A DNA stretch of 64,000 nucleotides, from positions 32,001 through 96,000 of IMG/VR virus record IMGVR_UViG_3300030330_006573. One strand, given 5' to 3'. How positions within the stretch are numbered: position 1 is the first letter of the stretch; each line of letters begins with the position of its first letter. Shown in pieces: positions 58,321 to 64,000 of the stretch. Under the pieces are notes generated by a model. The model saw nothing but the letters and a program-made list of their open reading frames with translations, searched no databases and had not been told where the DNA came from. The translations under genes and the position numbers were made by a program. Source of the stretch: a virus (lineage: Duplodnaviria; Caudoviricetes).

Positions 58321-58856
58321 TTTATTTTATTTAAAAATTTTAAAACTAAATCCCTAGGTTCAGAGGAGTTAAAGTCGCAGAAGTTTTTCCAGTTAAAATG
58401 ATAGTCACACATTTTTTTAACTATTGGGTCATTCTCCTCTTCTTCTTTGTTGGGAGGTTTATTGCCATCTCTTTCTATATGAATACAAAATCCGCCTAAA
58501 TCTTTTATTTTAGATACTTCGTTGGGGAATCTAACATCTGTTATAAAATGATTATATTCATCCTTAAAACGACTTATCTCTTCTTCTATTTTATTTATCC
58601 AATATAAACCATTGGATACAGCTCTTTTTTGCATTCCGTATGCTACAAGAATTGGTCTTATTATTTTTTTATCTTCTATGTCGTCGCTAAAGGCACTAAT
58701 TCCAAAACTAGAAATCAAGAAATTATCAGTTTCTTTTTTTAATTCATCAGCGAATGCTAATCTAATATTAGATTTTTCATTAAAATAGAATTTTTCAGCA
58801 AAGTTAAAGAAAGAATCCTTTCCACTTCTAGCTAAACCACACAATCCAACTATCAT
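58317..58856 (-). CDS. Deoxynucleoside monophosphate kinase
   Basis: IVGLCGLARSGKDS P-loop, FADELK, ITDVRFPNE. Confidence 0.85.
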   Translation of the reverse strand: MIVGLCGLARSGKDSFFNFAEKFYFNEKSNIRLAFADELKKETDNFLISSFGISAFSDDIEDKKIIRPILVAYGMQKRAVSNGLYWINKIEEEISRFKDEYNHFITDVRFPNEVSKIKDLGGFCIHIERDGNKPPNKEEEENDPIVKKMCDYHFNWKNFCDFNSSEPRDLVLKFLNKIK

Positions 58857-59392
58857 TTTCCAGTACTTCCAAATCCGCCTTTACCTCTAGAGCTAGAACT
58901 GTGACCACTTATTTCCTCAATTCTAGGATGAATATGTTTTGAAAATATAACTTGAGCAATCCTATCGCCTTTTTGATAAATTTTTGAATTGTCTATGGCA
59001 AGAAGCATGTGCTTGCCATCTAATATTGTATAGTTTTCTGGTTGAGGTATATATTTAAATCTAATTTTTATAGTATCTCTATATCCAGAATCTATTACTC
59101 CAACTGAGTTGCATAAACTTAGATTGTATTTGCTTATACTAGATCTAGGAAAAAGTAAAGAATAGAAATCATAATCAGAATAATCATCTGAGCTTGGCTC
59201 TATGGAAACATTTGTTTCATATTCTATATAAGAAATATTTTTGAAAAAATACCCTTGGTATATTTCGCCCTTTATCTTTGGAGCACTAGCTGCGTAAATG
59301 TCATATCCTGCATCTCCAGAATGTTTTGGTAAATCAATTTTACCATCTTGAATGTTATCCAACCCTTTTAAAGAAATTTTTAATCGTTCCAT
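58853..59392 (-). CDS. dut: Trimeric dUTPase
   Basis: All five motifs: DAGYD, PRSS, GVIDSGYR, GDRIAQ, RGKGGFGSTG. Confidence 0.95.
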   Translation of the reverse strand: MERLKISLKGLDNIQDGKIDLPKHSGDAGYDIYAASAPKIKGEIYQGYFFKNISYIEYETNVSIEPSSDDYSDYDFYSLLFPRSSISKYNLSLCNSVGVIDSGYRDTIKIRFKYIPQPENYTILDGKHMLLAIDNSKIYQKGDRIAQVIFSKHIHPRIEEISGHSSSSRGKGGFGSTGK

Positions 59393-59721
59393 ATGTCACT
59401 CTTTGAGTCTCCATCTATTCCAGCTTTAATTATACTTGAGTATTGTTTTGATAAAGAATGCATTCCTGCATCAGCTAAAACTCTTGGTGTGTATAGTAGA
59501 TTTACTAAATCAGGATTTATAGCTTCATCGCAAGAGAGTTTGTTCATGTCGTAAACTACTATACTTTGAGCTAGGCATAAGTTTTTTCCAAAAATTACAT
59601 TAGCCTCCTCTAATGCAACTGCTGCCGCCTCCTTTTCGTCAGAAGCTAAAACAGACCCTTCCCAGTTAGCACACTGAACAAAGAAAAATTTTCCCGAATC
59701 ATCCTCCGTTTTCCTTATCAT
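59380..59721 (-). CDS. Hypothetical protein
   Basis: First gene of the minus-strand operon. Confidence 0.6.
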   Translation of the reverse strand: MIRKTEDDSGKFFFVQCANWEGSVLASDEKEAAAVALEEANVIFGKNLCLAQSIVVYDMNKLSCDEAINPDLVNLLYTPRVLADAGMHSLSKQYSSIIKAGIDGDSKSDIWND

Positions 59722-59860
59722 ACAAGACCTAAACTAAACGAAAACTGAAAAAATTCAACCCTTTTTATAAATTATTTAAGGAAAAATATAATTTATACCT
59801 TGATAAATTACTATAATATTATTTTTAATATATATATATTATTATATAAAGGAGGATTTT
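59722..59860. promoter_or_regulatory. Very AT-rich divergent intergenic region with GGAGG RBS
   Basis: Separates divergent operons; TATAAT-like sites; AAAGGAGG just before TTG start at 59861. Confidence 0.45.
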
Positions 59861-60727
59861 TTGGATTATTTCTTAGTAGATGACTCGGTTGAGGGTGTTG
59901 GTGGAACGATGCTAACCCTTGATGCTATAATCGAACCAAATCTAGAAAATGTATCTTTCATAAAAACTTCAGAATTTAGCTTAAAGGATGCCTTCAGGTC
60001 TAACTCGTTTTTTATATTCGGAAACATTATGGGTTTTTCGGCGAACTCTCTCGATGCAATAAAATATTGCATGGAAAACTCTCCTTTTGTTAAAATTGAA
60101 TTTGACTATGGGTATTGCAAAAACAGAGGTAGGATTCCTCACAAAATACTTAGCGGCACTGATTGCGATTGTCCTAAATCGCACTTGAGTGAGCTTTATG
60201 ATTTGATTAGATCAAAAAGTCTTCATATTTTCTATATGTCAAAAGGTCAAATGGAAATACATAACGAGGATCTGAAACCTATAAAAAAAGACCTTCAATC
60301 AATTCTTTCTTCTTGCTTTTTGAAATCCAACTTGTTACTATTTAATCAGTTGAAAATTAAAGAAAAAAATTCAAAGTATGCAATAATTGATGGCAACGGA
60401 GGTTGGCACAGCAAAGCTAAAGGAGTAGACCAAAGCATTGCTTATGCGGAAGAAAATAACTTTAACTACGACTTAATAAAAACAAACTCACATGTAGATT
60501 TACTGCATAAATTATCTGATTACAAGGCATTAATATCATTACCTATAATTCATGATACATGCCCAAGAATAACAATAGAAGCCAGATATATGGGACTTGA
60601 AGTAATCACTAATGACTTTTCACAACATATAACTGAAGATTGGTGGAAAGGTACTGATGAAGAAGCTTTATCATTCACATCTTCTAGGCCAGATTTCTTT
60701 TGGCAAAAAATAAAATGTTTAAACTAA
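59861..60727 (+). CDS. Glycosyltransferase-like protein (GT-B)
   Basis: GVGG N-terminal loop, KGVD, DTCPRITIEARYMGL. Confidence 0.6.
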   Translation: MDYFLVDDSVEGVGGTMLTLDAIIEPNLENVSFIKTSEFSLKDAFRSNSFFIFGNIMGFSANSLDAIKYCMENSPFVKIEFDYGYCKNRGRIPHKILSGTDCDCPKSHLSELYDLIRSKSLHIFYMSKGQMEIHNEDLKPIKKDLQSILSSCFLKSNLLLFNQLKIKEKNSKYAIIDGNGGWHSKAKGVDQSIAYAEENNFNYDLIKTNSHVDLLHKLSDYKALISLPIIHDTCPRITIEARYMGLEVITNDFSQHITEDWWKGTDEEALSFTSSRPDFFWQKIKCLN

Positions 60728-61443
60728 TAATACCTTGCTACGGAGATCAATCTGATAACTTAGATAATCTAGCTAAAAGTATAGACTCTCAAAAAACCGA
60801 TTTTGAAGTTGAATGTTTTTTTCTCGAAGACCAAATTTCTGAAGATTTTAGGCTGAAGCTGCAAAAGTTATGTGGAGTGCCTAATAACAAATTCTTAGTT
60901 GAAAATAATTCTGGCAAAAGACTTTTTGCCTTAAAAAATATTTGCAGATTTCTTGATTCTTTCGACTGGTCTAATGAGGAAGATGATTGCATTATAGGTC
61001 TAATAGATGGAGATGATTATTTATGGGGCAACGATTGTCTTCAAAATGTAAAAAATGAATACGACAAAGGTCATTCAGTCGTCTGGACTGGGAATGAGTG
61101 GGATAAGTTTGGCTTAAATCACTCTGGCCCTTACGAAGATAAAAATAAAGATCCATATACCCATCCTTGGGTGTCTAGCCACTTTAGAACTTTTAAACTT
61201 TCTGATTACTTTTCCATACCTAAGTCTAATTTTAAAAATAAAGATGGAGAATGGTTTGAGGCTTGTTATGACCAAGCTCTCATGCTTCCAATCCTTCATA
61301 ATATATTAAAATCTGGGGGGTCAACAAAATACATTGATAAAACCCACTACATATATCGTGGAAATGTTAAAGAGGAATCTATTTTCAGAGAGAAGCAATT
61401 GGAATATGAGTCATTCATAAGGACGAGAGGATATCTTAAATAA
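60715..61443 (+). CDS. Glycosyltransferase family 2
   Basis: LIIPCY, SIDSQ, IDGDDYL DxD, YIYR; start placed at ATG 60715. Confidence 0.8.
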   Translation: MFKLIIPCYGDQSDNLDNLAKSIDSQKTDFEVECFFLEDQISEDFRLKLQKLCGVPNNKFLVENNSGKRLFALKNICRFLDSFDWSNEEDDCIIGLIDGDDYLWGNDCLQNVKNEYDKGHSVVWTGNEWDKFGLNHSGPYEDKNKDPYTHPWVSSHFRTFKLSDYFSIPKSNFKNKDGEWFEACYDQALMLPILHNILKSGGSTKYIDKTHYIYRGNVKEESIFREKQLEYESFIRTRGYLK

Positions 61444-62348
61444 TGAATTTTTACATAGACAAAATTAATAAATCAAAAGGTCCGTTCATATTCTCCACTA
61501 GATTAAAGAATGAATTAGAAAAACAAGGTTTGACCTATGATGTAGATTCTGAAAATAGATTATGCATAATCACGGGAAAATACAAAGATGGAGCTAACAA
61601 CATACTTAGACTTGATGGACTTTACCTTGATTCTGGTCATAGGCTAGGCAACAGTGCTTCTAAAAATAAACCAATTTTTAAATGTTATAAAAAATTTGAC
61701 CACATAATTTTTCAATCTATTTATGCTAAAAAAGTATACGAAGCATTTACTGAGACAGAACGCCCTAACTCAATAATACTTAATGGAGTTTGCGATTTCT
61801 TTTTCGATGAAATTGAACCAGTAAAAAAACCAGAAGGCTTTGATAAGGTAGTCGTAGCTTCCAGCACATGGAGAAGACATAAAAGAATCCAAGAATGCAT
61901 TAATGCATTTAGAGACCCTAGGTTAAAAGATGTTGCATTAGTGATTTTAGGCGGCTTCAAAAATGTTGGATTAAAGAATGTATTTTCTCTCCCTAAAATC
62001 CCTTACAATGATTTGCCTAAATACTATCAAATGGGAGATGCCATGATACACCTTTGCTGGTTAGATTGCTGTCCTAATTCTGTAGTTGAAGGTCTAGCTA
62101 GTGGCTTACCTGTTGTATGCTCTCACAACGGAGGAACGAAAGAGCTAGTCAAAGATGACGGAATAGTTATCCAGTTAGAAGAAGATTATAAATACGGAAG
62201 TATGGTAAACCTTTATAACCCTCCTAAAGTTGACACAAATATTATAGTAGAAGCTATTTTGAAATCCCTAGACATGCCAAGAGTAAAAAATAGAGACGAC
62301 TTGAAAATGTCTAACGTTGCTTTATCATACAAAAAACTATTTAAATAA
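61443..62348 (+). CDS. Glycosyltransferase family 4
   Basis: ILNGV, RRHK, DCCPNSVVEGLASGLPVVCSHNGGTKELV. Confidence 0.88.
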   Translation: MNFYIDKINKSKGPFIFSTRLKNELEKQGLTYDVDSENRLCIITGKYKDGANNILRLDGLYLDSGHRLGNSASKNKPIFKCYKKFDHIIFQSIYAKKVYEAFTETERPNSIILNGVCDFFFDEIEPVKKPEGFDKVVVASSTWRRHKRIQECINAFRDPRLKDVALVILGGFKNVGLKNVFSLPKIPYNDLPKYYQMGDAMIHLCWLDCCPNSVVEGLASGLPVVCSHNGGTKELVKDDGIVIQLEEDYKYGSMVNLYNPPKVDTNIIVEAILKSLDMPRVKNRDDLKMSNVALSYKKLFK

Positions 62349-62350
62349 AA

Positions 62351-62962
62351 ATGAATGATTTAAAAGATTTTTTTAAAAATAAAACGGTAGCTATTGTCGG
62401 TAATGCCATGAACATATATAACAAAAATTACGGAGACTTAATCGACGATCATGATATCGTAGTAAGAATGAATCATGCACCAATGCAAAAACCCATAAAC
62501 GAAGGCAAAAAAACAACAATTATTGCTTTCTGCGGAGGAGGAACTGGTGCCAGGGGAGAAACTCATAATTTCAATGATCTTGCCAAAAAATTTAAAAACG
62601 CTGATATAAAAATATTAGCTTTGAACGAAAGCGGATTACTAAAAATTAGAGCAAGTAATAGATTATTAAATAATTGTTTTTTTGCTGGAGATTCCATAAA
62701 AACATATTGTAGATCTCAGACTGACGGAAAAAAACCTAGCTCTGGATGGCTGATGATGCATTATATAAATATTTGTGATAAGCCTAAATCTGTTTCTGTC
62801 TTTGGTTACGACTGGAAAAAAACTAGAAGCAATTGGCATCCAGAAGTAACAGAAAGAGATCGTGATGGAAATATTCTTTCTTCGCACACTCATCATTGGC
62901 AAAAAGAAGAAATATTATGTAAATCCATAATTAAAGAAAATAATTGGAAATTATATGAGTGA
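62351..62962 (+). CDS. GT29 (sialyltransferase)-like protein
   Basis: Sialylmotif-L-like VAIVGN...GDLIDDHDIVVRMN; S-like KPSSG...VFGYD; VS-like HHWQKE. Confidence 0.75.
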   Translation: MNDLKDFFKNKTVAIVGNAMNIYNKNYGDLIDDHDIVVRMNHAPMQKPINEGKKTTIIAFCGGGTGARGETHNFNDLAKKFKNADIKILALNESGLLKIRASNRLLNNCFFAGDSIKTYCRSQTDGKKPSSGWLMMHYINICDKPKSVSVFGYDWKKTRSNWHPEVTERDRDGNILSSHTHHWQKEEILCKSIIKENNWKLYE

Positions 62963-63527
62963 AATGAATTATTCAGATTATATATCTCTACAAAAAGAAA
63001 AGACTTGTGATCCTAGGAGAAGAAAAAAATGGCTAAATGAGGAATGGGAGCTAAAACTTTTTGGCTTTAATAAAATTTTTAAAAATAATTTAGACTACAT
63101 AGGTAAAAAATGCTTGTGCATAGGAGCTAGAACAGGCCAAGAAGTTCAAGCCTTATTAGATTTAGGAAAAGACGCTATAGGAATTGACATAGTTAAATGT
63201 GAACCTTTAGTTATCGAAGGAGACTTTCATGATTTGAGTTTCGAAGATTCTTCTTTTGATTTTGTTTTTTCAAATGTAGTTGACCATGCACTATATCCTG
63301 ATAAATTTTTTTCTGAAGCAAATAGAGTCTTAAAAAATAAAGGGTTTTCACTTTATCACCTTCAAGTAAAAAAACCTAATGATAAGTACGGAGTTTTTGA
63401 TATTAATGATGTCAATGATGATGTATTAAAATATAATGAAAATTCAGAAGTTATTAAACTTTCTGATATTTATTATCCAGAGTTCAATACTTTCAACAAA
63501 GAATTAGTTTTGCAGGTAAATAAATGA
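62955..63527 (+). CDS. Class I SAM-dependent methyltransferase
   Basis: CLCIGARTG, GIDI, GDFHDLSFEDSSFDFVFSN, EANRVLK. Confidence 0.88.
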   Translation: MSEMNYSDYISLQKEKTCDPRRRKKWLNEEWELKLFGFNKIFKNNLDYIGKKCLCIGARTGQEVQALLDLGKDAIGIDIVKCEPLVIEGDFHDLSFEDSSFDFVFSNVVDHALYPDKFFSEANRVLKNKGFSLYHLQVKKPNDKYGVFDINDVNDDVLKYNENSEVIKLSDIYYPEFNTFNKELVLQVNK

Positions 63528-64000
63528 CAGAGCCTAAAATACTTTTTTTACCTTCTTCTAGCTCTATAAGCACTGGCTCTTATAGAATTTGGATGAAAGA
63601 CTTGAGTCATTATTTATCTCAGATAAAAATCGATTCTAAAATTGGATCTAATTCTGATGTACCTGACCACAATGTAATCATATTAGGCAAAGGTAATTAT
63701 TCTGCATTAAAAAGCATAAAAAAACAAAACAAAAAAGTGGGACTAATAAATCCCGCAGGAGGTAAAAATTACAATGCTGATTTCATAATAGTGGGATCTC
63801 TTGAAGAAAGAGATAGCTTATCAATGAATAAAAATGTAATTTTATTCCCTTTGATCGAAAGACTTTTTCAAAACAAAAAAATAAAAGATCACCAAGATAA
63901 AAAAATTTTAAGACTATGCTTTCATGGTCATTACCCTCACTTATCTAAATTTGAACCTTTTTTAAAATCAGCATTAAACGAATTTTCCAAAGAGCAAGAA
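63524..64000 (+). CDS. Probable glycosyltransferase-like protein (runs off right edge; missing from ORF track)
   Basis: ATGA overlap; open frame MTEPKILFLPSSSSISTGSYRIW...LRLCFHGH to window end; cluster context. Confidence 0.55.
   Translation, partial: MTEPKILFLPSSSSISTGSYRIWMKDLSHYLSQIKIDSKIGSNSDVPDHNVIILGKGNYSALKSIKKQNKKVGLINPAGGKNYNADFIIVGSLEERDSLSMNKNVILFPLIERLFQNKKIKDHQDKKILRLCFHGHYPHLSKFEPFLKSALNEFSKEQE

Noticed and set aside
59722-59860. Replication origin
   Set aside because: AT-rich but no iterons or adjacent initiator; divergent promoters explain it.
1-64000. Stop-codon reassignment
   Set aside because: Genes are long and densely packed under the standard code and TAA, TAG and TGA all terminate genes.
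1-64000. Short antisense/overlapping ORFs in the track (e.g. 13776..14258, 15516..16016, 32857..33387, 57794..58144)
   Set aside because: They shadow well-supported genes on the other strand or frame and lack recognisable motifs.
1-64000. tRNA genes, integrase, endolysin
   Set aside because: Intergenic gaps are short with no cloverleaf signatures noticed by eye, and no ORF showed these motifs; tRNAscan/HMM searches would be needed to exclude them fully.

Overview
The whole window is part of a large, AT-rich tailed dsDNA phage genome (Caudoviricetes, siphovirus-like, lambda M/L/K/I/J-type tail tip) read with the standard genetic code. Order: glycosyltransferase genes (minus strand, 1-2.6 kb); an accessory/regulatory block (EF-hand lipoprotein, J-domain protein, PhoH, sigma-like factor, SNase and ERCC4 nucleases, AdoMetDC-like protein); terminase, portal, protease-scaffold, decoration protein and major capsid; neck genes interrupted by an inverted block with two probable tail chaperones; tail tube; a 3710-aa tape measure protein (TMP); tail tip genes; fibre/accessory virion genes; a minus-strand nucleotide-metabolism block (SSB, second sigma-like, dNMP kinase, dUTPase); and a second glycosyltransferase/methyltransferase cluster running off the right end. 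Top candidates for undescribed biology: (1) the TMP carries an internal array of unrelated cargo domains (including a GNAT acetyltransferase-like and a WYL/Sm-like domain), each delimited by eight copies of a G[FH][VI]PN[FY] motif, suggesting a modular, possibly processed, effector-injection polyprotein; (2) a strong Ser/Thr-Gly dipeptide bias in virion proteins next to many glycosyltransferases (GT61-, GT29-, GT2-, GT4-like), suggesting sequon-directed virion glycosylation; (3) a non-canonical GTGTA-AT-rich late promoter, with an extended duplicated version driving an internal scaffold/capsid transcript and the tail tube. All family assignments are from motif recognition by eye and counts are manual; no searches were run.
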